Positions 8,167 to 18,475 of a stretch of 30,846 nt of DNA are shown here, in pieces (the first letter of the stretch is position 1; the number at the start of each line of letters is the position of its first letter). Source of the stretch: a virus (taxonomy: Duplodnaviria; Caudoviricetes); IMG/VR virus record IMGVR_UViG_3300032247_001025, positions 1-30,846 of that record; one strand, written 5' to 3'. The position numbers were made by a program, and so were the translations under genes. The notes under the pieces are model-generated. The model had not been told where the DNA came from, made no database searches, and saw only the letters and a list, made by a program, of their open reading frames with translations.

Positions 8167-11100
8167 TTATTTAGCATTAATAGCTTCAGCGGTTTCTTTT
8201 TCCAATCCATCAAAAAGACTTTGTAGATAGAAAATATTTTGATACGGGAGCATTCTTCTAAAGGCCTTAACATCAGATTCTTTAATATCTCCAGAAGCTA
8301 TAGCTGAAGTAATTGATGACAGATCTTTTAATTGTCCAGCTGTTGGGCCAGCAAGGGTATCAACAATATTTCTGCTTGCATAACGGCTCATAACTTCCCC
8401 GCCAATTAAACTATTAATTCCAACTTTGCCACGAGTCATTTTTTCTGAAATACCGTTAATTTCCATCATAATTCCTAGAACACCACTTTTATCAATTCCT
8501 TCTACTATCCATTTTTTAGGATCTTGCGAAGGTTCTCTTCCCGCAACAATAGATTTTACATAATAACTTAACATCCCCAAACTAACAGCAGAAATAAAGC
8601 CATTAAGAGCAGCGGCATCAGCTTGTTGTAATCTTTGAATTAAAACTTGTTGTGTACTAGCAAAAGCAAATGATTTAAATTGCCCAATTGCTTTCCCAAG
8701 CTCAGTATTCATAAACAAAGGAACATCCCCAGCGGTTTTGGTAACAATAGTGCGGTCGACATCTTGATTTAAAGCATTTCTAAAAAGTCTCACCGCATCA
8801 GAATCAGTCCATTTATCTGTATTAGCAACATGAAGATTTCTTTCTTTAGTTCCGTGCGTTTCTAACTGGTTTATAATTTGCCCAACATTATCTTCATCAA
8901 TTCCAAGAAAAGCTAAATAAGTGCGATTTTTTTTAGTAATGTTTCCTTTAGCCAATTTTCTACTTTCCTGAATTAATCTTTGTTGAGTCAATACAGAAGA
9001 AAAGCCTTTCATAACATCATTCCAAAGGGCGATCCCATTTAGTTTAGTTGCTAATGCGGCTACATTTCCAGCAAATCGTTCGAATACTGAGTGACCTGTA
9101 TTTAATGGGTCTGTTAATTCTGCCATTGTAGCCATTCTAGAGTGAAGCACGCTTTCAAGGATGTTTCCTGCTCTTTTGGCTTCTTTGATGTTTAGTTTGA
9201 CACCTTTCATATTTGTTATTACATGACCCAAGCCTTTTGTAAACCTTGCCATTCCGTGAACTCCAACAGCATTTACTGTATCATTTAAAGAAGATAAAAC
9301 AACGCCACCAAGTTTAGAAGTATAATTTAATTGCCTAGCAATTCTTCCACCTCTTACAATAAGATTGTCTGGGTTATCTGGTTGGCCATAAATACCACGC
9401 ATAATATCTCGCAGAGCTTCTAAATCCCCAAGAACCCTTTGTTTTTCTTTTTGAATTTTAACTCTTTGTTCTTCTGTTTTAGCTAATTCAGAAAGTTTTT
9501 TATATTCTTCACTGACTTTTGCCAATCTTTGTTCCAAATTCACATCGCCCTCAAATTTGCGAGATAATTCAATATCAGTCCCCATAATGCGAGTATAACG
9601 ATCCGCAATCCTTACTATATCATTTTCAAGGAATTGCTCAACTTCTTCATCGCGAATAAATGAAAGCGTGCGTTCTTTTAAAGGCCCTCTTTTAGTTATC
9701 TTAAAATCATAATTAGAGGTGGCGCCAAATCGAGATTCCCCTTTTAAATTAGATAGAATGTTATCTGTAATCTCGTTTATATATGCTTCTTTTGAAGATG
9801 GGTAATTAGCCAAATTTTGTTGAGCAATTACTTTTTCTTCAGGAGTTTTAGCTTCTTTTAATGCTTTTAAATATTTTTCCCTAGCTGGATTAGATCCTTC
9901 TGGCTCATATATTTTATCAAATTCGTTTTTAGCTATAATAAACTTTTCTTTAGCAGAATCTAAAGCTTTAGAACCTCCCTTTTTTTCCAATTCAGCTACT
10001 TTATTTGCTAATTTAGAAAGTTCCTCATTATGAATTTTTTCTATTTTAGGAAGTTCTGATTCTCTTAATTTTTTTGAAATAATAGCTTTTAATTCTGGCT
10101 CTTTGGCAATTACAGCTTTGCGATTCCATAAACGGCTTAAATAACTTACGGCAGTTTCAGGTTTAACATCCACAGGAAGCAGACCAGTTTCGATAGCTCC
10201 ATTTTTAGCAGGATCAAAGACTTTAGAGCGCCATTCTTTAGCAGCTTTGGCAATTTCAGGAATATCAGATTTATCACCTCTTCTCATCGCTTTTGAAACT
10301 TCTATATTCCAGTCAGCAATAGTTTTAATCGGGGTTTGCGATCCCTCTTTAGAAACTCTTTGTTTAAAATTTTTAAATTCATTAACATTGCTCGGTACAG
10401 ATTCACCTAAACCAGCTCTCCATTGCTTTACAGCTGTTTCAACTGATTGTTGACTAGCAATGCCAGCCTCGTTTTTACCAACCAGCATATTATGGGTTGC
10501 TAAATCTTGAAGTAAGTTTTTAGCTTCTATTGATTGAGAATTAAAAGTTCTTAGAAGAGGATTTATTTTACTTAGACTTGAAGCGATAATTTTAGCTGAT
10601 CCTCCAATACCTGAAGTCAAACTTTCCATATTGTTTTGAAACTGATCTAAAGTAATTGGCTGTTTTCCAGTAGGAAGGTTTTCTTCTAAATATTTATTAT
10701 AAAGATCTTCATAAGGCCTTACTTGTCTAGATCCGACACTTTTAACTTCTTGAGTTACAGGATCAATTTCTAGATCAGATTTATTAGTATTTATTTCATG
10801 TGAAACTTTTTCCGCCGTAGTATCAAAATGTTCCTTGGAAAATTTAAAAGCCGCAGCACCCAATATCCCAGCAAAAACTGTACTGGCGGCTATATTAGCG
10901 GCACTTTCTTGAGCAGTTCTTGTTTCTTGTGTTACTTGGAGAATTCCTTCAGCGGCAGTTGCAGATACTAAGCCAGCAGCAGCAGTTTTAGCAGCACCTT
11001 CTGCAATACGACCCAATTTAAAAGCTTTGAAAGCTTGACCTCCAACTGGAATAAAATTTACAGGATCGCTAAAGCCAGATATTAGGCTGGAAACTAATTG

Positions 11101-11538
11101 AGTACCAGTACCAAATTGGTTATTAAGAATTTCTTTATTTAAAAGCTCTCTGTCAATTCGATCACTAATTCTAGTTACTTCTTCATGGGTATTAGCATAT
11201 TTATAATTATCTGCATAAGCTAATTTATCTTTTGGGATTGCTTCAAATGGGTCAAAGTTAGGATCAATTGCTTGAGGAATGAAATGTTTAAAGCCTTCTT
11301 CTTGAGCATATTGTGTAGTAGCTAGAAGAGTATTATCTTCAAGACTTATATTTAGGGCCTTAGGAAGATCTGAGATTCCTTGAAAAAATGTTTTTTTTTC
11401 TGGCTGAATTTGATTAATGGAGGCTTTTTTATTTAAAGCTTCGTAACCTTGATTAACAAACCCAGAGCCAGAAGAATTTTCTGAAGCTTGATAGGATTGT
11501 AATTGGTTTATAGTATCTAAAGAAATATTTTTAGTCAT
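8167..11538 (-). CDS. Large internal virion / DNA-ejection protein (T7 gp16-like position, 1123 aa)
   Basis: Size and position after the nozzle and smaller ejection proteins; helical; hydrophobic Ala/Gly-rich segments; C-terminal PLF..ELGK.IGQFKSF motif seen in such proteins. Confidence 0.75.
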   Translation of the reverse strand: MTKNISLDTINQLQSYQASENSSGSGFVNQGYEALNKKASINQIQPEKKTFFQGISDLPKALNISLEDNTLLATTQYAQEEGFKHFIPQAIDPNFDPFEAIPKDKLAYADNYKYANTHEEVTRISDRIDRELLNKEILNNQFGTGTQLVSSLISGFSDPVNFIPVGGQAFKAFKLGRIAEGAAKTAAAGLVSATAAEGILQVTQETRTAQESAANIAASTVFAGILGAAAFKFSKEHFDTTAEKVSHEINTNKSDLEIDPVTQEVKSVGSRQVRPYEDLYNKYLEENLPTGKQPITLDQFQNNMESLTSGIGGSAKIIASSLSKINPLLRTFNSQSIEAKNLLQDLATHNMLVGKNEAGIASQQSVETAVKQWRAGLGESVPSNVNEFKNFKQRVSKEGSQTPIKTIADWNIEVSKAMRRGDKSDIPEIAKAAKEWRSKVFDPAKNGAIETGLLPVDVKPETAVSYLSRLWNRKAVIAKEPELKAIISKKLRESELPKIEKIHNEELSKLANKVAELEKKGGSKALDSAKEKFIIAKNEFDKIYEPEGSNPAREKYLKALKEAKTPEEKVIAQQNLANYPSSKEAYINEITDNILSNLKGESRFGATSNYDFKITKRGPLKERTLSFIRDEEVEQFLENDIVRIADRYTRIMGTDIELSRKFEGDVNLEQRLAKVSEEYKKLSELAKTEEQRVKIQKEKQRVLGDLEALRDIMRGIYGQPDNPDNLIVRGGRIARQLNYTSKLGGVVLSSLNDTVNAVGVHGMARFTKGLGHVITNMKGVKLNIKEAKRAGNILESVLHSRMATMAELTDPLNTGHSVFERFAGNVAALATKLNGIALWNDVMKGFSSVLTQQRLIQESRKLAKGNITKKNRTYLAFLGIDEDNVGQIINQLETHGTKERNLHVANTDKWTDSDAVRLFRNALNQDVDRTIVTKTAGDVPLFMNTELGKAIGQFKSFAFASTQQVLIQRLQQADAAALNGFISAVSLGMLSYYVKSIVAGREPSQDPKKWIVEGIDKSGVLGIMMEINGISEKMTRGKVGINSLIGGEVMSRYASRNIVDTLAGPTAGQLKDLSSITSAIASGDIKESDVKAFRRMLPYQNIFYLQSLFDGLEKETAEAINAK

Positions 11539-13367
11539 TATCTTCCTAATGGTGCAGCTTCATTAATAAGGATTTTGGCGGATCTTTCTCTTTTTGCCCT
11601 TTCTACAGATGCCTTTATGTCTTCCTTCGTTTCTTTTAAATGCTCTTCATTTGCTTTTTGATAATTTGGTTGGAATTTCTTGGGAAGATTATCATCTCCC
11701 AAAATTGCGTCAACGCCACCAAAGGCATTTTTCTTAAAAACAAAATAAGAGGGTTTAGAACTAGTAATTGTAGAGTGATCAACTTCAATATCTAAATCTT
11801 TAATAGAGGCTTTAGTCTCATTTTCTAATTGCTTATAAATCCAAGATACATCTCCACCATTAGCATAAATTACCTCAGGAGCATATTTTATATATTTGCG
11901 CCCACCAATATCAGAAATTCCCCAATTACTCTTTACAGTTTTATCCGCTATTTGATTGGCAGTTTGTAAATCAACTTTTTGATTAATAAAAATATCTTTT
12001 GATATTCTATTATATTCATCCGCCATTTGAATAGGAACTTGAGGGGCGGGAGTGAAGGGATGAAATCCGCTCTCATTACTTAAATTAGATGAAACTTTGT
12101 CATAAGTATTAATTTTTTTAGATTGTTCCGACCAGGCTTTAGCCAAAGAATCATTAGTTTGTTTTTTAGCTTCATTTTGATCGTTAATTGAATATTCAAC
12201 AGCTTGCTGTGGATTTAAACCAGAATCAATCTTGCTGGCTATACTTAATGCCATTGCTGAAGTTTTAGGATCTAAACTATTAATTATTTTTGGATTTTGT
12301 TGAGCAGCGTTTGCAATATAAGTCGAATAAACAGCTCTTTGTTTAGGATCTCCATTTAAAATATTAGCGTTTAAAGAACTTTTAATTGCTGTTGGCATGA
12401 TTCCTGTACGGCTCACAATATCTAAAGAAGAATCAAGAATTTGTTGTTGAGTGGCTCCTTGCTTTACAAGATTTTGTTGTCTATCTGTCCAAACAGTATC
12501 AATTGCCTTTTGATTTTGAGGAAGAGTTGGATCAAGGGTTATTCCTCCTTGTAATGCAGCGTTTACTACTGTAGTATCAACTTTCTTTTGTTCTAGCGCC
12601 TTAACTTCTTTTAGGGTATCATTATAAAGAGCAATTCTTTTATTAGCGGGAAGAAATCTTGAAATATTACTACCCTGTGTTTTATTCTCTTGATCTAAAA
12701 GAGCCAATCTTTCGTAGGGTGTTTTTTGCGCTAATTTTGTTTCAGCTACATCTCCTGCGAATGATTGTTTTGCTTGGGCTGCTTTTAAAGGATCATTAGG
12801 AAAGGTTGCGTCATAAAGTTCTCCTTGCGCTTGAATTGTAGAATTTATAATTTTTGGATCATTAATTCTAGAAATTGTATCTAAGTTTTTTTGCCCCATA
12901 GTGAAGGCTGTCGTTGCGGCTTCTTGTTGCTGTTTATGTTCTGCAATATTTTGTATATCATCGAAATTTTGAGCAGCATGAGCGTCTAATTCAGCACCCA
13001 AAATAGAAGAATATTTATTCTTACCTAAACCCTGAATTAATCCAGTTCTAATCTGCTTCATTCCTTCATTATATTTTGTAGGAATATTCGCATAGTCTGG
13101 ATCATTTTTTAAGGAATTTTTTAACTCTGCGATTTGTTGAGTACCTTGAACTTTAGCTAAAGAATAATTGAATTTATTTTGTTGTTCTTCAGCTACTCTT
13201 TTACGATGCTCAGCCTCTAAAATAACACCGCCAGTCTTTTCAAGCACTTGACCTAACTTAGCTGTAGCTTCGGGTACAGCAGAAGTATCGGCAGAAACAA
13301 CTTGAGGCGCATTATATCCCGCAGCTTGTGGTACTGATAATTGTTCAACGATTGGGAATTTACTCAT
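11538..13367 (-). CDS. Internal virion / ejection protein (gp15-like position, 609 aa)
   Basis: Helical, Gln/Ala-rich ORF between the small and large ejection proteins; overlaps both neighbours. Confidence 0.65.
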   Translation of the reverse strand: MSKFPIVEQLSVPQAAGYNAPQVVSADTSAVPEATAKLGQVLEKTGGVILEAEHRKRVAEEQQNKFNYSLAKVQGTQQIAELKNSLKNDPDYANIPTKYNEGMKQIRTGLIQGLGKNKYSSILGAELDAHAAQNFDDIQNIAEHKQQQEAATTAFTMGQKNLDTISRINDPKIINSTIQAQGELYDATFPNDPLKAAQAKQSFAGDVAETKLAQKTPYERLALLDQENKTQGSNISRFLPANKRIALYNDTLKEVKALEQKKVDTTVVNAALQGGITLDPTLPQNQKAIDTVWTDRQQNLVKQGATQQQILDSSLDIVSRTGIMPTAIKSSLNANILNGDPKQRAVYSTYIANAAQQNPKIINSLDPKTSAMALSIASKIDSGLNPQQAVEYSINDQNEAKKQTNDSLAKAWSEQSKKINTYDKVSSNLSNESGFHPFTPAPQVPIQMADEYNRISKDIFINQKVDLQTANQIADKTVKSNWGISDIGGRKYIKYAPEVIYANGGDVSWIYKQLENETKASIKDLDIEVDHSTITSSKPSYFVFKKNAFGGVDAILGDDNLPKKFQPNYQKANEEHLKETKEDIKASVERAKRERSAKILINEAAPLGR

Positions 13368-13905
13368 AGCTAGAATTTGCGGTTAAATCAGTAGGAGATT
13401 TAGAATTATATTTTGAATAAAAAGATCCTGCTTGTGCGCTACTTCCCATTAAACTAGAAATAGCTCCTAATGGACCAGCTTTTCTGGCTTGTTTTCCTTC
13501 GTATAAAGTAACAGCAGCTTTATTTCTTAATCCGATTGCTTCATTTTTTATAGCATCGGATTTAGTATTGCCTTCGTATAAAGAGCTTAGGGCTTCATAT
13601 TCGCCTTGTCCAGCAGTTCTAGCAATTAAATCAGCAATATTCTTCTCGGAAGTAGAAGCTCCACTTGCTGCGGCTAATGCAATCTGTCTTGATTGAAGCA
13701 TCTTGTTTTGTCTAAGAGCTTCTGTTGCGCTTCTTTGTCCACCCGCCACCGCATTAGCTGCGGCAATATCAGCTAGATTAGCATTCTGATTTAATTGAGA
13801 GGCGACACTAGTGGCATTACGAGAAGCTGCATTACCAGCTTGGAATTGAGATCCCACCTGTAATATTCCGCCTGTAGCCATTAAAGGGGCTGCTATTTCG
13901 GCCAT
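13360..13905 (-). CDS. Small internal virion / ejection protein (gp14-like)
   Basis: Ala/Gly/Gln-rich, hydrophobic ends, Q.A..AASG motif; canonical position. Confidence 0.7.
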   Translation of the reverse strand: MAEIAAPLMATGGILQVGSQFQAGNAASRNATSVASQLNQNANLADIAAANAVAGGQRSATEALRQNKMLQSRQIALAAASGASTSEKNIADLIARTAGQGEYEALSSLYEGNTKSDAIKNEAIGLRNKAAVTLYEGKQARKAGPLGAISSLMGSSAQAGSFYSKYNSKSPTDLTANSSYE

Positions 13906-14252
13906 AATTTATAAATTTCTTGGTTGTTTATGGTATTAAAATATTTATAACCTAATTTTTCTAAATATCTTTTAGAGTTTATCCGTTTTTCATCTCTAAA
14001 GCAAATAACTGGAAATTCCAATCTTCTTAATTCTTCTGTAACTAATTTAGATATTTTCCAAAATTCTTTCTTTGGTAGATTCTTTCTGACTCTAACAAAG
14101 GAAGTAAATTGTTTCGGCATTAACCAGACTCCACCAATAGCATATTTCTTTCTACCTTCTTTTAAGACCCAAGCCTTAGCTGAATGAGGCAGTTGCTCAT
14201 TTCCAAAGAAAAAATCAAAATCTTTTTTAGTGGCGAATCTACTGCTTATCAT
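13893..14252 (-). CDS. GNAT-fold-like virion assembly protein (T7 gp13-like position)
   Basis: AIGGV and SKRYLEKLGYKY acetyltransferase-like motifs; directly after the nozzle gene. Confidence 0.6.
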   Translation of the reverse strand: MISSRFATKKDFDFFFGNEQLPHSAKAWVLKEGRKKYAIGGVWLMPKQFTSFVRVRKNLPKKEFWKISKLVTEELRRLEFPVICFRDEKRINSKRYLEKLGYKYFNTINNQEIYKLWPK

Positions 14253-16989
14253 TCGTTGTAATTGCGATTTCTATTGCCAAGAGTGTGCAAGGTCTAGGAG
14301 CTTGAGCTTGAAGACATGCGCGGCTATCAGTATTCCAAGAGCCACCAAAGTTAAACATTGGCGTATCTATTTCCGAAAAAATAGTATTGTAAGGAGTAGC
14401 AATTCCAGTTACGGGATTCACATTCGGTAACTGGTCTAGTTCATCAAATGTAGATCCATAAAGCAAGCCTTTTGAGTGAGTATTATTCATAATCACGCCA
14501 ATAGAATTTACCATTTTTCTAGCTCCTAGAGGAGAAGAAGAGGCATAAGCTAATTTAGAACTTTGGTATTGAGCAGTATAAGGCAGGCCCACAATTGCAT
14601 TTGAAACTGATTGTCCTAGGGTAATTTGGCCGCCAGTAACAGTGTAAGTGGTTTGGATATAAGGATTGGAAGCGCTCGCAGTTTTTGTTGGATCGGTTAA
14701 AGTACTAGGGCTTAAATCAGTTCCATCAGCCCAAACGACTACTTCTTCGCCTTCAAGATGATCTAATCCTGTGATGATGCTGGTCGCGACTCCAGAATAT
14801 TCTATAAATGAATCAGCTTGCTTGTTTAGAGTTTCACCTTGGCAATCTTGTTGAAAAGCAAATTTTTCTAAGTAACGAACTGTTTGGCCGTTGATTGTTC
14901 TTTTAATGGAATAATAAACATAATCTTCTACGGTATTAGGGCCAGGTAAAGTTATAACATCTTCAACAATTCCATCGGTTTCAAACAAAACCCAAGCTTT
15001 AAGATTTTCCAAAATATCATAAAGTAGGATCGCTACTTTACCATCAGAACGCACGCAATGCACCATTGTGTCTGGTTGTCTTTGTGTATCTATGCGGACA
15101 ACTGAAGGCTTGCCAACTTCGGGAACGGCTTTCGTTAATTCATTAGCTGCATAATCAATAGTATTAGCATCATAATCTAATTCAAATACCCTTGTGCCAG
15201 CTCCTTGAACAAAAATGGCCTTTTTGTCAAGTTTTGCTGGCTTAACATTGGCACAAGATTGTGTAGATGGCTCGACTACTTTAAAGTTTGTTGGAGTCAT
15301 TGGCTCTTCAAAAGAAGATGTTTTAATGCCTTTCACCGAGGTATCTACACCCATGAATAGACGATAAAGAGAAAGCATCCAGTAGCATTGATTTGTAGCT
15401 CCAGATCCTAAATCTCTTGAGATTAAGCCAGAATCGCCAGTCACATCATCATCGAAACTTGAATAAGCATCTGAAATTGAGCCAATAATCTTTGAAATAC
15501 CAGCAAAAAACAATCTTCCTTCAGCTAAAGCTACAGCGGAAGGCCAGCCACGATAATCTGACCATTCTCCTTCGCTCCATGCAGTAGTCGGATTTGTAGA
15601 TCCTAAGCTTTTAAGAACTTCTGCTGAAACTGAATTTGGGTTTGCATAAGCTGTAATTCTAAAATATCCTGTAATAGAACCAGAGGTATAAGACAAAGAA
15701 ACATTAGCTGTTCCTGAAGTATAGTTCCCTGTTTCAATACCTATGCGATACCAAACTGTAGAATTTGTTAATCCATCATCTTTAGGATCGGCAGCCGTAT
15801 TGCCAGTGTAAGTGTAGGCAGAAGACCAAGAAGCCCCTTCATCAAAAGAACGCTGCACAGTTACAGTCGCAACCCAAGTTCCTGTAATAGTAACATTAAA
15901 GATACGAGCATCTCCAACGCCAGTTACGACAATATGTCCAGTTGTGAAAGTGTTAGCAGAACTAATCGATTGAGCAATATTCTGACCAACAGAAACATGT
16001 TTGAAAACAGCCCCTACATGTCCAGTTTTAAATAAGTTTTGACTTGAAGTGACATTTATATTGCCAGAAATTCCAGAGACGGAAAGGGATGTGCTAGATG
16101 TATTTACTGTTCTTACTGGCCCATCTTCGGGTTGGTAAAGAACAATTGACCAAGAACTGAAATTTGTAGATGAGCTTCCTCTTCTTTGCAATATTCTTTG
16201 TTGTAATCCATTGCAAGCTACATAAGTAGCGTCTAAAGATTGATCTGTTCTAATAGAGGGTAATAAAGCTTCTGTGTAAGGAGAGGGTAAAGTAAGAACC
16301 CCAGCACTTTCTATTTGGATAGAATCAATCAAAACAATTCTTTCTAATGAAGAAGAAAATGTAATAAAAAAGCTAGAGGTGGTTGGAATAAAAGCTAAAG
16401 AATGAGTGCCAGTTCCAAGGGTTGTTTGAGAAACTAAGTCGTCACCATATATTGCAGAGCCAATTTTAAAAGTTACTGAGCCTCTGTTAATTATAACTCT
16501 TACGGCATTAACAATTCCTTGATTAGCTCCAGTAGAAACCTCTTGGTATCTTATTGCTTGGTTAATACCAGTTCCTTGAAGTTGTAAATATTCACCAGAA
16601 ACCCATTGAGAAGAAGCCCCAGTCTCATCTCCTGAAGTCCAGCCAGTTATATCTGATGTAAAATTACCATTTGTGATTGTAGTTGTTACAGCAGGGCGAG
16701 TAATAAGAGCGTCATCAACCCAAAATCTAATTATGCTGTCTGTGAATTCTATTAGAGCGCGTTGGCTATTGTTATAAATAAATTTAGCAAACAAAGCTTT
16801 GTTATTGCTTTGAATTGCACCAATATATTTAGTTCCTGGTCTAAGCATCATTGAGCCAAGTAAACGAGGAAACCAGTTGGTTTGAACTTCTGCGCTTAAT
16901 GCTACTTTTTGCACATCAATACGCGCAAGTCCTAATTTACTTATAAGACCGCGATTAAATGCTAATAATGCTTGATTTACTTTACCCAT
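14239..16989 (-). CDS. Tail nozzle / tail tubular protein B (916 aa)
   Basis: N-terminal AFNRG.IS..RID..N..P...G....RPGT, WPSAV..EGRLFFAG, GLDHLEGEEV, VGLPYTA, C-terminal P.PCTLLAI. Confidence 0.9.
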   Translation of the reverse strand: MGKVNQALLAFNRGLISKLGLARIDVQKVALSAEVQTNWFPRLLGSMMLRPGTKYIGAIQSNNKALFAKFIYNNSQRALIEFTDSIIRFWVDDALITRPAVTTTITNGNFTSDITGWTSGDETGASSQWVSGEYLQLQGTGINQAIRYQEVSTGANQGIVNAVRVIINRGSVTFKIGSAIYGDDLVSQTTLGTGTHSLAFIPTTSSFFITFSSSLERIVLIDSIQIESAGVLTLPSPYTEALLPSIRTDQSLDATYVACNGLQQRILQRRGSSSTNFSSWSIVLYQPEDGPVRTVNTSSTSLSVSGISGNINVTSSQNLFKTGHVGAVFKHVSVGQNIAQSISSANTFTTGHIVVTGVGDARIFNVTITGTWVATVTVQRSFDEGASWSSAYTYTGNTAADPKDDGLTNSTVWYRIGIETGNYTSGTANVSLSYTSGSITGYFRITAYANPNSVSAEVLKSLGSTNPTTAWSEGEWSDYRGWPSAVALAEGRLFFAGISKIIGSISDAYSSFDDDVTGDSGLISRDLGSGATNQCYWMLSLYRLFMGVDTSVKGIKTSSFEEPMTPTNFKVVEPSTQSCANVKPAKLDKKAIFVQGAGTRVFELDYDANTIDYAANELTKAVPEVGKPSVVRIDTQRQPDTMVHCVRSDGKVAILLYDILENLKAWVLFETDGIVEDVITLPGPNTVEDYVYYSIKRTINGQTVRYLEKFAFQQDCQGETLNKQADSFIEYSGVATSIITGLDHLEGEEVVVWADGTDLSPSTLTDPTKTASASNPYIQTTYTVTGGQITLGQSVSNAIVGLPYTAQYQSSKLAYASSSPLGARKMVNSIGVIMNNTHSKGLLYGSTFDELDQLPNVNPVTGIATPYNTIFSEIDTPMFNFGGSWNTDSRACLQAQAPRPCTLLAIEIAITTNDKQ

Positions 16990-16990
16990 T

Positions 16991-17644
16991 TTAGAATCCG
17001 TTTACTCCATTACCATAAAAACCAGAGCCAAAATTGTTAAGACCAAAACCAATTCTTGATTTAGTCCAGCGTCCTAATGGCAAAGTATCCATTGGTTTAT
17101 CTCTCATATCATTATTAAGAGCTATTGCCCTTCTTTGTTTTCTGGCTTCAACTACTTTTTGGTAAATAGTAGGGCTATTAGAAATTGATGGCTCTGCAAG
17201 TAGAGCTAATTCAGCTTGAACAAAACGAGCAAAAGCTTGAGGCCATCCAGCTAAATTGCCGCCATATGTAGCTGCATTAGAAACATATTTAAGATAGATA
17301 ACATCCCAAGCTGAGTAAATAACGCCAGCTTCTATCATGTAATCTTGTAGGCCTACATTACAGAATGAATCAATCCACAATCCAACCATACCTTTGAAAT
17401 CATCGGGGATTTCATAAGCATAAGCCCAGCCGAAAGCGGGAACAATTGTGGTGGAAGGGGTCATCTTCATTGTTCTAGTAGCAAAATACCATTGACCTTG
17501 CTGGAGGCAATAATCAACAAGATTATCGTTATCCCAAGCGTAATCAAGCCATTGGCGTGATGATCTATTCTCTGTAAGAGAGGATAACGGCGTCTCTGAC
17601 AATAAAGCCAGAGCGCCGTTGTAAATTGCTAACTTTGTAGTCAT
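16991..17644 (-). CDS. Tail adaptor / tail tubular protein A
   Basis: IYNGALALL, WYFATR, FGWAYAYEIPDD, LKYV, F...V.AELA motifs; upstream of the nozzle. Confidence 0.85.
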   Translation of the reverse strand: MTTKLAIYNGALALLSETPLSSLTENRSSRQWLDYAWDNDNLVDYCLQQGQWYFATRTMKMTPSTTIVPAFGWAYAYEIPDDFKGMVGLWIDSFCNVGLQDYMIEAGVIYSAWDVIYLKYVSNAATYGGNLAGWPQAFARFVQAELALLAEPSISNSPTIYQKVVEARKQRRAIALNNDMRDKPMDTLPLGRWTKSRIGFGLNNFGSGFYGNGVNGF

Positions 17645-18102
17645 TACAAGGTATTTTTAATGTGATAGAGAGCTTCTTCTTTTGAAGCTAGACCATCTTT
17701 TCTTAATGAGTTATCAGACTTTCTGATAATTGCAAATTTTCTAACTGGGCCTTTCCAAGAGATTTCAAAATCACTTTCTTTCGAAGGATTTGCAGCCTCA
17801 TCTTCAAAGGATATAAAATTAATAAATTTTAAAAAAACCTCATCCATAACTTTGCCAACCACTATCATAGTTGCAAAGAAAGCCATATCTTCGCGAAGAA
17901 CTTCAACAATAGATCCTGTATTTAATTGCGGTTGAGATTTAGCGATTTGTCTCCATTTATAAGGATTAAGTAAATCTTCTTTAGTAAAAGCATTATTCAG
18001 AGTTAGTCTGAATATTTGACGATAAACACCGGCCTCTCTTAAGCTCCATGGCTCAATGTGTTGCGGAGAAGTAATCGGAGTGATAATTTGAGCTTTGGTC
18101 AT
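17644..18102 (-). CDS. Conserved hypothetical virion-module protein
   Basis: 152-aa ORF in operon position, TAATG-coupled to the adaptor; WKGPVRKFAIIR motif. Confidence 0.65.
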   Translation of the reverse strand: MTKAQIITPITSPQHIEPWSLREAGVYRQIFRLTLNNAFTKEDLLNPYKWRQIAKSQPQLNTGSIVEVLREDMAFFATMIVVGKVMDEVFLKFINFISFEDEAANPSKESDFEISWKGPVRKFAIIRKSDNSLRKDGLASKEEALYHIKNTL

Positions 18103-18123
18103 GTTTTTTTAAAATTTATTAAT

Positions 18124-18152
18124 ATAATGGGGGCAGCGATTGCCACCCCCAA
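18124..18152 (-). terminator. Hairpin / probable terminator after the capsid and decoration genes
   Basis: Minus strand GGGGGTGGC-AATC-GCTGCCCCC followed by an AT-rich tail, a few nt past the stop at 18159. Confidence 0.65.
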
Positions 18153-18158
18153 GTCGAA

Positions 18159-18449
18159 CTAAGTAGTGGCAGATGCTACAGTTGCTGCACCAGTAGTTGC
18201 ATTAACAGCCGATACATATTGTAAAGGAGTTTTAAGCACATCTGATACAGAAACGAACACAATGTCACCAACTTGCATTCCAAGTTCTTTCCCGTTAGAG
18301 AAATAACCAGAACCTTGAACAGTTGCCAAAGCATCGGCACTGTTATACTGCCAGAACTTAGCAACGCCTGTTACGGAAGTTGCGTAGATTTTAGAACTAA
18401 TGTTGCTAAAAATCTGAACTGGAGAATTTGTAGTAGGAGCGTAAGCCAT
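18159..18449 (-). CDS. Probable capsid decoration / cement protein
   Basis: 96 aa directly after the MCP; WQYNSADALATV..SGYF..GMQVGDIVFV. Confidence 0.6.
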   Translation of the reverse strand: MAYAPTTNSPVQIFSNISSKIYATSVTGVAKFWQYNSADALATVQGSGYFSNGKELGMQVGDIVFVSVSDVLKTPLQYVSAVNATTGAATVASATT

Positions 18450-18475
18450 GATTTAAAAGTATTATTAAGTTAATA

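Noticed and set aside
8055-8273. 72-aa minus-strand ORF
   Set aside because: It overlaps the end of the ejection gene and runs through the terminator; the ending GGFFIA is just the translated hairpin and U-tract.
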